A DNA stretch of 49,181 bases, filler included, from Bipalium vagum (Eukaryota), in assembly GCA_037834085.1 (NCBI GenBank). It is 3 parts of 3 records of this genome, joined end to end, with 100 filler letters (N's around TTAATTAATTAA, not from the genome) between each part and the next. Parts side by side here need not be neighbours in the genome. Positions count along the whole stretch, not along the records: positions 16,565 to 32,853 come from JBBMKC010118103.1; 2 more parts are not named here. One strand, written 5' to 3'. Positions 18,791 to 31,109 of the stretch are shown piece by piece; the stretch's first letter is position 1; every line of letters starts with the position of its first letter. Both the position numbers and the translations under genes were made by a program. A model generated the notes under the pieces. That model made no database searches. It saw nothing but the letters and a program-made list of their open reading frames with translations, and was not told the DNA's origin.

Positions 18791-19899
18791 CAATGAATAT
18801 ATATATATATTCAATATTCATCAAATTAAAAATAATTAATTAATAGATTAATTCAAAAAAGAATTGTCTTTTATTTTATTTATTATCATTATCTTTAATT
18901 AATATTATATATTTATTTTATATTATTTTGTATTGCTTATTCATATTATTTTTCAAAACCCAACTTTATTATTTGTTATATATTATAGTTCAATAAATAA
19001 TTTTTAGCAATTTATACCTAATTAATAACAATTATTCCGCATTAAATATATTTAATAATACCTAGAAAATTTAGTATAAAAAAATCTGTTTGAAGACAAA
19101 GTGACGAATAAAAAACAATAAAATTAAAATATTATGTTAAGATACTGAATTACATCACCTCTCAAATTTATTTATTTGTTCATATGACAACCCCATTATC
19201 TTGTCACTTTACCTATTACCATCATTCCAGCCATCTGCAAATTGTTCTTATATGAAAAATGATTGGTTGCCATTGGTCCAATCTTCATATAATGTTATCT
19301 TTGTTGTAACTGATTTTTGTGTGTGTAAACGCATAAATTATTTGCGTGCACACATATTCCATAAATTCTAAAATTTAGATATTCTCAATTTTTAATTTTA
19401 AGGATAATTTAAATTATAATCATTAATATATAATTAAAATAATTTATTAAGACATTTTCCAATACTTGGTTTTAATTTAAATTAAATTAAAATAGTAGTT
19501 TTAATTTAATTGAAATAATAAAAAAACATTTTACATACAAATAAAAATACATAAAATATTTTTAAAACCATAAAAAAATGTTATTTGACAATTTTATAAA
19601 AAAAGGAGTAAGAATATAAAATAATCTAAAACTTAAAAATTACTCATTTTTTAATAAATTAATTTCAGAAATATTTATTGATATTATCATTAATAATAAA
19701 ATTAATTAAAATATTTTATTATCAGAATGTTCTCTATTCTGAATCATGTAAATGCAAATATGGAAAGAAAATAAATCGGTTCTAATTTTTCAAATGATCA
19801 ATGGTTCTTTGTGGTACCTTAAAATGATTTTCTTAAGGTGTAATTTTAAAATCTAATCAATTTTATTAAAATGTCTTATTAAATAATCTTTATGAAGAC

Positions 19900-20620
19900 T
19901 GAAAGAAAACAGAATCATATTTACAACTAGAAAAAGACCTGGATAGTTTGTGAGGAGGTTTCAGATTTCTCATATTTCATTATTGTATTATTTTTTAGTG
20001 TTATCATCTAGCTGATTCCATTCAAGAAATCATTTCAGTACAATGTTAATTGTTTTTTGACTAGATGTCAAGGTACATATAAGTTAATATGGCCAATTTT
20101 ATTGACATTCTAAGCATCTAGAAAACCATACGTTCGTGAAAAAAACTTTTGAAGATTATGAAAATTATTGTTCGTAAAAGATCACTGACCAGCACCAAAA
20201 TCGTCATTGAAAGTAGAATGGTTGACCCAAAGATAATCCATTTTCAGCTTGATAGATTTCAAAAGCTCATTTATTACTAGCTGTTACCATCACATCAAAA
20301 AAAAATTCGAATGTGCTTTGGTCGCAATTGATGGTCGAAAATTGATGATTATAGAATAAAATATGAAAAACGCAGATCTCTCGGATCAAATTATCAGTAT
20401 TTGACTGAGATGTCTTCATGCTTCAAAGTCATATACTGATTACCATCTTTTCCTTACCACAAAATTCCGTGGACCAAGAAATTCATTGACAAGGAGTCCA
20501 TTAAAACTCACGTTGGCTCTTTTTTTACCAATAAGACTCCTGAGTTATACAATGATGTTAGTTGAAAAACCAAGGTAATTCAAAATAATAGTAAACTTAA
20601 ATAGGAAATTATAATGTTGC
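19900..20620 (+). mobile_element. Highly degenerate mariner remnant
   Basis: Fragments LIYY*LL (GIIYYELL-like), FD*DV (FGWEVL-like), TDYHLF and FFTNKTPELYND. Confidence 0.6.
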
Positions 20621-21779
20621 TGTTATAATAATATTTTTTGATTTTAGCTCAGAAATTTTTTTCAATAAATATATTATTGGATTTCAGGAGGCTTTCAAAT
20701 ATTTTTTTGTAAACACTCTGGCAATAATACGACTTTAAATATGATTTTATTAGTGTATTCTGTAAAATAAACATATCCTAAAATATATTTTCTCATTTTA
20801 GTTTTTAAGTGCATATCTAATAAATAATTAGTTAAATTTTGCATGACTAGTTGAAATTAAACTTTATTAAAAATCTTTTGATCGTGTTTATTTAAATTAA
20901 TTTTATATTTAACTTTGTAAATGAAAATTTAAATTAATTCAAACAAAAGTATTTAATTCTTCAAAAAATTTAATTTAATATTTTTTATATATATCTGGAG
21001 TAGAATTATTACCTCATAATTTAAAACTTTTCCTGAAACTCAAATCAAAAATTATAAACAACCTCTTTTTATCTGTAAAATTATCAAATTAATACAAAAT
21101 TATTTTAGTGAACACGTTTTGGCAATAAAATATATTTTAACCACAATCTTAATTTTTAAAAATGTATCACAACGTTTCATAACGTTATCAGCTTTATAAA
21201 AATCAAATTATAAAATAAAATGATAATAATATCAACTGATAATTCATAAAAAATATAAATAATTATTAATTATACAATTTTGATAAATAATTATAAAAAG
21301 ATAGAACTTTAAGTTAATAATTATTCAAAACAAATTTAATTTTCTTTGGTTTTGTTAAGTTGGTATCATTTCTTAGTTGCCCAATTCCTAAGTTTTGAAT
21401 TTTACAATTCTTATATTTACTTTTAAATATTAAATTAAAGTTTTAGTAATTGTATCTATTAAAAACATTTAACTCACGGAGATTTATAACATTTGAAGAT
21501 CAGTTATTTTATAAAATACTGAAAAACTCATTTTATAAAAATATTCTTTATATTATATTTCAATGATAATTTATCTCCAAGTTATTTTTAAAATATTTTA
21601 TCATATCTTTTAACAAAAGACCAAACTAATGTTGTAAAGCAGGCTAATAAAAACGTTTGTTTCCATGTTTTTTTCATATTTGTTTCCAAGAGTCAATTTT
21701 CTAATCTGAAAAAATATTGATTTCATTCCAGTGTATACATATGTTAACAGCCAGACAGTAGATACTCAAACCCTATAGC

Positions 21780-21946
21780 AGATAATATGGTGGAAGTACA
21801 AAACCGGTTTGGGGGTATAAGGTTAGCCAACGAAAATTATCAACTTCACCAAATGCTGATAAGATAAAACCGGTTGAAATTTCAATAAAATCTATTTGCC
21901 TCCATACCGATAACAGACAGACCAACACCAATCAAATGTCAGATAA
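21780..21946 (+). promoter_or_regulatory. Putative GATA-gene proximal promoter/enhancer: six GATAA sites plus two AACCGGTT palindromes
   Basis: GATAA/TTATC at 21780, 21837, 21857, 21862 (tandem TGATAAGATAA), 21908 and 21941. AACCGGTT at 21802 and 21868. Lies upstream of a likely non-coding exon ending at donor AAG|GTAAGT (22109/22110) spliced to an acceptor ending at 22364. Confidence 0.5.
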
Positions 21947-22380
21947 TTGTCGCATGCTTTACGGCACACATACAGCATAATTTTTATAATTGCTCTTTGA
22001 TTTGTCGCTTATTCAGTATCATTATTATTATTAAATTATTATTAGCTCACATGTTACGAATTTGAGATTATTATTTCTAATCTAATCCAAATTTCAATAT
22101 CGTACAAAGGTAAGTGTCGTCACATCACAAGTGGGTTTAATATTATCATTTTAAATTTTAATCATTATCATTGATGATTGCTCTCCTCATCTAAAATTTA
22201 ACTGTTCGTTATCAAAACTGTTTTGATAATATGAAATGTTAACTGCTGATACTCATGTAAATAGCCCATTGAATGTTTTATTAATATCTATTGGCATTTT
22301 TGTTATTGTGTTTAATACTTTCCATATTTAGTATAGATAAAAATTTAACTCAATGATATTTCAGGACAAAATTACACCTA

Positions 22381-24703
22381 ATGGATATTATTTCACCGAA
22401 ATCAACATCAAGTAATATTAATACCCTAATCTCCTATCCAGCTTGTCAAAGTATTGAACTGCAATCTAATGATATATCAATCAGCTTGGCTAATGCTCAA
22501 AACTTCCATGAAATGGATCACAAAAACAGTTATGGGTATAAAATAACAAATAATGAATCAAAAGTTAGTCCATATATCGCTCAAACAAATTTAACAGAAT
22601 GTATGGGAGATATTAATAACGAACTAAAAAATCAAAACGCCCATATAAACTATGGAAATGGAATATCATTTTCCGAGTTTTCCAAATTGTCAGAAAGTAG
22701 TATTCACGGTTATTCACCGTATTGTTTTTCCAGTAAACTATTTCCTATTCCCAACTTTCAAGAGAAAGCTATAATAAATGACAATTATTCAATAAAATCC
22801 CCAGGAACCTTCATTGCTGAATCAAATGACCATCAAAGCACTGGTAACAACGGAACATATATTTCAAGCATGAATTCATACCGAACCGTTATTCCAGCCC
22901 ATTTTCATTTATTTAACCAAAATTCTTCAGAATCAACATCATTTTACAATAATTCCTGGAACAATTATCCTTTTCAATTATCTCCAACTTATCCCATTCA
23001 AAACCTCCCGGATTCAACGATTAATTGGACCACCACAAATCAGATTCCAAACAACAATCTGGTCTTTAGTCCTTGGGGTTGCAAAACAAACCTCAATCTT
23101 CCTCCAATTAATGAATTTGGTTCAAGTAAGAAAATCGATATATGAATATATATTTAATTTGAAATTATTTCCTTTATTATATATTAAAAATATAGATAAA
23201 TAATTTCTTTATACATTGGTAATATAATTCAGACAAGCTAATTGTTTGAATGATTATTAACCGATAAGATAAGCACTGGTATAGGCTAATGCGTTGACTG
23301 TTCTAACTGATTTATCTTGCAGTTGATAAAGTTTCTACTATCTAAAATCGAGTCTATATTTGCTTATGATAAATTGTGTAAATAATCAAGGATTTCTGAA
23401 ATATAAAATTAATTACTCTCAAATCATAAAATTTTTAAAATCCAGATTGCGATGTCAGCAGAGAATGCGTTAATTGTGGAGCTAGCAATACTCAGTTGTG
23501 GTCTCGCGACAATACGGGATATTATTTATGTGATGAGTGTGATAGGTTTTCACAAAATAATAGTCGAAACATTGAAAAGATTCCTACAAACCAAGTGACA
23601 TCCAGTACCGAAAACGAATTCCTAAAAAAGTCAAATGTGGTAAATTGTGTTGATAAAATTTTTTTTATAAATTCTCAATAATTTTATTAAAAAACAATAA
23701 TAGAGCTTTCAACAGTATGGAAAGAGATCGGATCTTGAATGTAGTAACTGCAAAATTACAAAGACATCTCTATGGAGAAGAAATAACGAAGGAGAGCCAG
23801 TCTGCAATGCTTGTGGTTTGTACTTCAAACTGCATAAAGTTGGTAGATTTGATATTCTATATATTTGATATTGTATAATGTCTTGCGAAAAACTTTATTA
23901 AATAATAATGTTTTAGTCGCTAAGACCACTTTCGATGCGGAAGGAAGGAATACAAACAAGAAAGCGAAAGAGGAAAAATCAGCTGAAACCAGTATCAACA
24001 CATGTTACCAATAGTCAAAAAATTCCTTCTTCAGAATCATCAACCGAGCAAAACCAGGTTTGTTTTCCATTTTGTAAATCATACTTATAAAATCATAAAA
24101 TTATGAGACATACAAATGACTTACAATGACACGTGTTTGATATTGTGATAATAATCATTGTTTGGTGTATGGAATCCATCTTATCTAATAACTATTTTTT
24201 TAAATGAAATTATCTCTTCCTGTTTCAAAATTGATAAAACCATCCGGTTTATTTAAAATTGTTGAAATTTAATATTTTTTATTAATTCATTATAATTTTC
24301 CAATTTCAGTTTATCAAATCAACTGAGAATTGTTACAATTTAATTTCCGAAAACTCTCCGACATATATGCCGAATATTCAACCATATAACCGAATTTTAA
24401 ATTCAAACCAATATCTTTATCAGACCAATGAAAACTCGATAAATCAAGTATTGATTTTTCATTTTATAATGAAGTTCTGAAATTTGAAATTTTTAGTCTT
24501 ATTTAAATTCTTCTCTGAAGAACAATAATCCTTTCTATGATTCTGACAGCATACTCTATTCACACAATTCCAATAAAATAAAGGATGAACCCCTTTCCAT
24601 AAGCAATGAACAGAAATTATATTCAACCGTCAATGATAAAAACGAAGTGGTCAATTCCATAGTAAGGATAAACGAAATCTCAAGCAATTCGAATTCGAAT
24701 TAA
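22381..24703 (+). CDS. gata4/5/6: GATA4/5/6-class zinc-finger transcription factor, 6 coding exons, ~519 aa
   Basis: Exons 22381-23125, 23446-23639, 23704-23838 (alternative in-frame acceptor ending 23715), 23917-24057, 24310-24447, 24497-24703 (1560 nt). N-finger [25 protein letters not shown]; C-finger [56 protein letters not shown] and TRKRK are GATA4/5/6-type (GATA1/2/3 have NGDPV and TRNRK). Last two exons less certain. Confidence 0.92.
23194..23372 (+). promoter_or_regulatory. Intronic GATA-site cluster in the GATA gene (candidate enhancer)
   Basis: AGATAA 23194, CGATAAGATAA 23262-23272, TTATCT 23312, TGATAA 23324, TGATAA 23367. Confidence 0.45.
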
Positions 24704-25484
24704 TTATCCTGATCTACTTTTATAACTATATTTAAGAAATTGTACTTCTGAATATAATTTTAATGATAGAATTTTATATCTAAAATGTAATTTTATTAAA
24801 AGTATGCATTTAAATGGTGCAATTTATGTGGTAATTATTTTATTATTAAATAAATGTCGTTTGTAAAGCTTTATCTTATGGCTTTTAGAAGTTCGGCAGA
24901 AAAATATTTTTATTTTTATCATTTCACATAAGATAAAGTTTTCAAAATTAAATGTTATTACTGTCAATTTTTTAGTATTAAAGTAAATAATACATTAATG
25001 CATATATCCAACAAACATAGATTAAAACAATTTTATTTGTTTTAATAAAATCTTCGCTGTTATTTTTATTTAAACAAATATTTTTTTTACTAAATACATG
25101 GTAAATAATTATTCTTTAAACACCAATAAAACTAAGTTTAAAAATTTTCGAAAACCTAACAAATCTGTAACTACTTACTATTTATTAATTTCTACTTTAT
25201 CTAATAGCACCAATAATTCAGAAAAGTGGACATCGGATTATAGATTTAAAAAATTAAAGCTCAAAGTAACTTATAAATAAAAAATATGTATCTTCAAAAA
25301 ATTATTATCGAATTTCATTATTTTGTCTTTATTTTTTTATAACATTTTTACATTGAAAAAGACAAGAAAATTAATTTTATCCTAAGTTTGTTTCTTTACT
25401 TATTTGTTTTTTCTTATTTTAAAATCTGATGATGGTTAATTTATAAATTTTTCAATATAAATTATGAATTTTTCTTTCAAAGAA

Positions 25485-25800
25485 ATGTTGGGTAAAACGC
25501 ACGTTAACAATGATCTTCGTCGATTAATTATTGAGGATAGAAGGAAACGGTGAAAAGATATTTTTTTACCTCTGAAGAAACTATGGAAGAAACCGTGCGG
25601 TAATTGAGTTTTTCAAAATGTGGGAACTGTGCGTGGACGAAATGTGACTTTGTTGACTCCAATAAATTGCGAAAAAATTTTATTTCATAAAATATTCGTT
25701 GGTGGTTGTACCAGTAATATATTTCAAGAATTTCTTAAAGACCTCGATGAGTTACAAGATTATTACAAGATCATAACATTTCATATGGCTGTATTTTCCG
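25485..25800 (+). mobile_element. IS630/Tc1-like transposase remnant
   Basis: VRGRNVTLLTPINCEKILFHKIFVGGCTSNIFQEFLKDL resembles the DDE_3 segment RGxNxSxxxAI...G......F..FL..L. Confidence 0.5.
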
Positions 25801-25849
25801 GGATAACGCACGGCCACATACCGCTAAAACATAAAATTTTTTGATGTAG

Positions 25850-26602
25850 AAATGAAAGATCCATTTTTCCTTCCCCATTTACAAATTACCTGACAAATTA
25901 AGAATTTCCTTAGATATTTATCAAGGTTTCATTCTTTAAATTTATCAGAAACGTTTCCCCATTTATTGGCCGTGTAAAATTTTTGTCCTGGTAACTGCTT
26001 TAAGTCTGCCTTTACACAGGTATCATCATCCAAAATCACAGTCGTATTTCTAAATAACTTTAGGCTATAATTTACGTGCTCTGGTTTTTGCTAATTTATT
26101 CTGGTTTTCCCTGGGATTTGGTGCAACATTAACTTTATATGAGTGCAGCCCAGCCTGTTTACGCACTTTTTGTATGTAGAACGAACATATATTCACTCTT
26201 TTGGCAACATCTCTCACCAAAAGTCTTGATTACATTTAAAGGCTGTCACAACTACTTTTGCATTTTGTGGTTCCATGTAACCTATTTTTCGGTCACTTCA
26301 TTTCTTTTTTTCCACAGAAAGAGTCTCTTTATATTTTTAAGAGAACTTGTGACAGTGAATTTTGAGACCTTTACCTGTCTGGCAATATCTTCATGGGAAT
26401 GTGAAGATTTTCGAAATTAATTTTCGAATCTCGCATTGCGGCAAAGCCATTGGTATAAATAAAATTGATTTGCTGTTTGACTTTTCTTTATATTATGACT
26501 AACGCAACACTGATTAATGGTGTCTTTAAACAATTCGTATATTATTTAATATTTATGAGTTTTAAGTTTTTTTTCGACCAAGTTATTCCGTGCACATAAT
26601 GC
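25850..26602 (-). mobile_element. DD37E (ITmD37E-like) Tc1/mariner-superfamily transposon, 5' two-thirds, disabled
   Basis: Reverse frames: HEDIARQVKVSKFTV (HTH), RDVAKRVN, AGLHSYKVNVAPN, KLAKTRARKL, ILDDDTCVKADLKQLPGQKFYTANKWGNVSDKFK, KFLICQVIC. These match the ITmD37E pattern MDDETYVKADFKQLPGQxFY...IWQAIC as I recall it. Confidence 0.75.
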
Positions 26603-27944
26603 TACTGGCGCTTCCGACGTTTACAATTCATACTTCCAACGTTTCATGTAATCTCATTAAAATTTTAAAATCCTTTGAATTCTCTTCTGGCTTTGAAAAA
26701 ATCTTTTGAATATTTTTATTAGACTCTAACTCTATATTTTTCTGATAAACAAAAGAAAAAATAATCTGCTTTTTATAGATGTAAAGATTGACGGACAACC
26801 CCAATCTTAACTCTCGGGCAGTCTATTTCTATGCATAACTCAAAAATAAACTAAATTAATTTCCCGGCCTTATTTGGGGCCTGTCGTTATCTCAACAATG
26901 AGTTTACGTCAATTTCATTAATTTATTTTATTTTATCAATATATATTATAGTGTGGCATTCGAAGAGATAAAAGAAGTGAAGAGTGGTTTAAGTCAAACA
27001 ATCCAAACCAAACATATAATTTAAATTTTGACAAACTTTGCAATTCAAACTTAAACAACAATAGAATAGAAAGTTTTATGATTCAGAACAAGAAATAGTT
27101 TTATTTTTATTGAAGTATTTTATACTTGTTTATGAGTATTATAAATAAATATTGTAAAATTTTATAAAATATAATTAATTAAATAAGAACTAAACAAATA
27201 AGAGCTCATTTAGTATACTCAGATTTATTTTACATTACACTAATTTGTTTTAAATACATTAATTATTTTAGTGAATGAAATCGCACATTTTAATTTCATA
27301 TTGTAAACTAGTTAAATATCACATATAAATGTATTAAAATTTTATGTTAAATAAATGCGATATAGTTTATTTGGAAATATATGTTTAAAATTTTTTAAAA
27401 ATTTTAGATATGAATTCAAATTTAACAAAAATCAATGCTAATAAAATCATTTTACAAAGTATACTCGATTGGTATATCAACTTTTTTATTTTTTTAAAAC
27501 CATTTTTTATGATCCACTTTTTAAAATATTTTTAATAAGAATTGTGAGAATGGAGTTTTCAGAAATAGTAGGATTTCTTATTTTTCAGAAAATATTTTTG
27601 ATATTTAGATGAAGAAATATAAAAAGGTGAAGTTACTAGTAGTGTATAATTTGTGTTACATATTTACATTTTTCATGATCACAAATTTTATTTTTTACAA
27701 GAATCATCAATAAATATAATTTCATCATTATCACAATAAGTCACTTTTATTTAAACTATCCTATAAATTATATAATCTTAATCTTGCCTTAATAATTGTA
27801 TATAAAGCCATATAAATATATGTTGTCTTATTAAGCTTATTCCATTCATCTTTTATGTGATATCTCATTAAACAAACTTTATTTAAAACAATTTGAGTTC
27901 TTTCTTTATATTTATCATCAAAGATGATTTTACAGGTCATCATA

Positions 27945-28220
27945 ATAACTATGGGCCCAAATTTCATTAATTTTTCGAGCAGTTTCACCTGGTTTTGTAC
28001 CGAGTCGAAACTTAGAAAACAAAATTGACGCAAATAGCGACACGACATCCTAGATTAAAATCGGAAGGGAGTCACATTTTAATTTAAAAGCAAAACAGAC
28101 TAATACTACAGGCTTTTAAGTACATATAATATTAAATAATCTTTAAATAAGTTATTTGAGTTATTTACAATTTTAATGTATATAAATAAAAAATGTGCAA
28201 GACTTTCTGAACAGCCTAAT
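27945..28220 (-). mobile_element. Mariner 5' fragment (cecropia/Hsmar1-like) with left TIR
   Basis: TIR TATTAGGCTGTTCAGAAAGTCTTGCAC at ~28221-28195; frameshifted MSCRYLRQFCFLSF-RLGTKPGETARKINEI resembles the Hsmar1 N-terminus. Confidence 0.7.
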
Positions 28221-28868
28221 AGAAAATAAAGTTGAACTTCGAAATCAATTCAGGTCTTTTATCAAGGTTAATTGAAATATTTATGAATTTAATATTTCTT
28301 ATATAACATCAGTGTATAAATGTTTTTTAGAATTCAAGCTTACAAAATGATTTTTAATTAGCGGAGCGTTTTATGAGAGCGCATCGATCTTAATAGCGAT
28401 CACTTTTGTTAAATTTAAATAACATACTATATAGTTACTAAAGTAAAGCTAAAAATTAATTACTTTGAGATTAAAATAATCATTTAAAACAAAAACAAGA
28501 TGATGTAGCTATATCGAATGAAATCCGAAAATAAATTTAGAAATATATTAAGTCATAATATATTCTAACACGTTAATTTTTTAGATACTTGATAATTGTA
28601 ATGAAGAATATTTAGATGTCATTAAAATTTCAGAATTACATATTTATTTTTTTCCTAATTCTAAGAGTTAACACGAAAAATTTCAAAATATTTCCTTTTT
28701 ATTAATATTACATCCCTGGCCAATATATAAAAAATCAATATAATAAATAATACAATAGAATTAATCAATATTACTATAGCTTTTTAAATTCAAATTTGAT
28801 ACTTTACCATTAAATTTGTATTTCGCCACATACCACGCGTTTTATTTGCTTTTATTCTTGTTTGTAAA

Positions 28869-30428
28869 ATGAGCGATACAGAAAGAAAAATTTGTCGATA
28901 TTTCAACACTCTTGGGGGTTGTTGGTATGGCGAAAAATGTAAATTTATCCATCTGCTTAACAAAAAGCCTCCTTGCAAATTTTTTGGGTTTGTAAAATAC
29001 AGTTTCATAAAATAAAGTAATAAATGATAACTATAACTGTAGGTCATCATCAGGATGCAGATTCGGAGATTCCTGTCATTTTAGTCATGACAGAATACCC
29101 TTTAAGTCGGTTGAGAATTACGAAATCGGTATCTCAGAAGATATCAAAGAAGTAAAACAGGTAAAATAAAATATTTGAGCGGATTTTTACTTTGAGATAG
29201 GATTACAAAGAAAACATGAACCCAAGTGAGTTAACAGGAACAAATAACAACAATATGGAACAAAATTTAAATATTACAACTAATATAGATATAATGATTA
29301 GTAACGCACCAGTTCCGGAAATAACCATTGATTTTTCATCCAAAGAATCAAGCATGGGTGGAGAGATTGAAGTCCATTGTGGTAAAATGTTTCGAGCTAA
29401 TCTTGTCAATTTTTATGTATTATAATATACAGGTTCTTGTAAACGTCTACTTGACAAGCAAACTAATGAGAGCTATTGCAACATACTTAAAGATCATTAT
29501 TTAGAAAGCTTTTTAGATAAGGAAGGTGATCATGTCAAATATGTAAAATTTAAGGCAGCTCTTGACCCAGGACAAATGTACTGGTGTAAAACTTGCATTC
29601 TTATATTTGAAAAACCGTGGTCATTATTTCAACATATGGCTGATAAAGCAAAAGGAAATAAAGTCCAAAGATGGGAGAAAAAAATACACCTCGACTGGCT
29701 GGATACAGTTGCTGGACTTATGGCTGGTTAAGAAATTAAAAGTTTTAGTAATGAGAATATTATATTTTTCAGGTTATGATTTAGGACTATTTAATCTTGG
29801 AAAATTAAGAAATGATTTGCGAAATTTATTAGCAGACCAACATACAATTGAAGAAGAAATGGAAGCAGCAGCAGTAACAGCGGCCGCTATGATGCAATGG
29901 CTGAATCCAGCAACAATCGGAAATCCATGGAGATTACAACAGCGAGAAATGATGAGAAAAATTGAACAGTTGAACCGTCAAATGTATCGAAAAGGAGGAA
30001 GAGGAGTGAACTGGGCATTGCTTACAGGAAATGGTACGAATAATTTCGTATTAGGGTCTCCTAATATTCCTGGACAAATTACTAATACCCCAAGTTCAGT
30101 GGTTTCATCAAGAGGAATGATAAGCAATGTAACAAGCAATGGTGCAAGTTATAATCGTTTGCCGATTGAAGCAAGTGGCGATTCTGCTGAAATATGCGGT
30201 TTGCAACTAATACAAAGTGAAACTGCAAATCTTGAACTTAATGAAAATATAGAATCTGATACTAAAGGCGAATACAAAAGCGACATTGAGGAATCAAACT
30301 TAAGAAAATCAAACTCTGAGTTACCTGAAAAACATCACACGTTAGACATCGTGAAAAATGAATGGATAAATCAAGAACATGTTTCAGAGCTTCAATCGAA
30401 ATGGAATGAATCCTTCTCCTCTGTTTGA
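28869..30428 (+). CDS. Uncharacterised protein with N-terminal tandem CCCH zinc fingers and two C2H2-like fingers, 5 exons, ~455 aa
   Basis: Exons 28869-28987, 29043-29160, 29201-29381, 29433-29726, 29773-30428 (1368 nt; GT-AG introns of 55, 40, 51 and 46 nt; phases consistent). Two C-x8-C-x5-C-x3-H fingers, CRYFNTLGGCWYGEKCKFIH and CKFFGSSSGCRFGDSCHFSH (second one assembled across intron 1). Also HCGSC...KDHY and YWCKTCILIFEKPWSLFQH. Confidence 0.85.
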
Positions 30429-31109
30429 AACTTAAACAGACTTTCTAACTTTATCCATTGAAAGATGTAGTAAGAATTTGTTTTGTGGACTAAAGACCGA
30501 ATTAGGAATTGTGTTGAGTAATTTTGGAGCGCTGGCGCTTTAAATTTTATTCAAATTTTCCTTTTCTATTAGGTCATTGTGGTAAATATTTCATTCTTAT
30601 TATTCTTATTATTATTATAAATGAAAGTTATTTCTGTTACCATCAAATAAAAAATAGTTGTCAGTACAAATGTTTATGGTTAAAACGTTTTTTTAAAAAA
30701 TTGAAATTTAACTGTTTTTCCAAAAGATTAAGTTCTCAAAAATATTTTTGAAGAAAATTAATATTTTTATTACTTTTTACGGAATTAATTTTCACAATGA
30801 ATTAGGAAATGCTACGATAATTGATAAAGATTTAAATGAATTCAGTAATTTTCAGATTTGATTGATATATTATTCAATTAAATTTCAAAATTTCCATCAA
30901 GTAAAAAATCAAAATTATAAACGTATATATATAATATTATTTTGACTTGTAAAATAGATGTAAATATGTGGTTGAAAGTAGATAATTAAAATCTACAAGG
31001 TCTACAGGTTGAAAATGTGCATAATTATTAAATGGATCCAAAACCACAATCTAATCCAGTAAAAATCTTAGTAAAGTTAAAATTAAAGTTAATCACTAGT
31101 TAATATATA

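Noticed and set aside
29043-29125. TCATCAG (minus-strand CUGAUGA) with nearby stem as a hammerhead ribozyme
   Set aside because: It lies in CCCH exon 2 and I could not assemble the three-stem core with GAAA; the other CTGATGA hits (25426, 35549, 47112) also fail.
29562-29772. N-terminal part of the 288-aa ORF (MTQDKCTG...)
   Set aside because: Wrong frame plus intron; the spliced model uses another frame until the acceptor at 29772.
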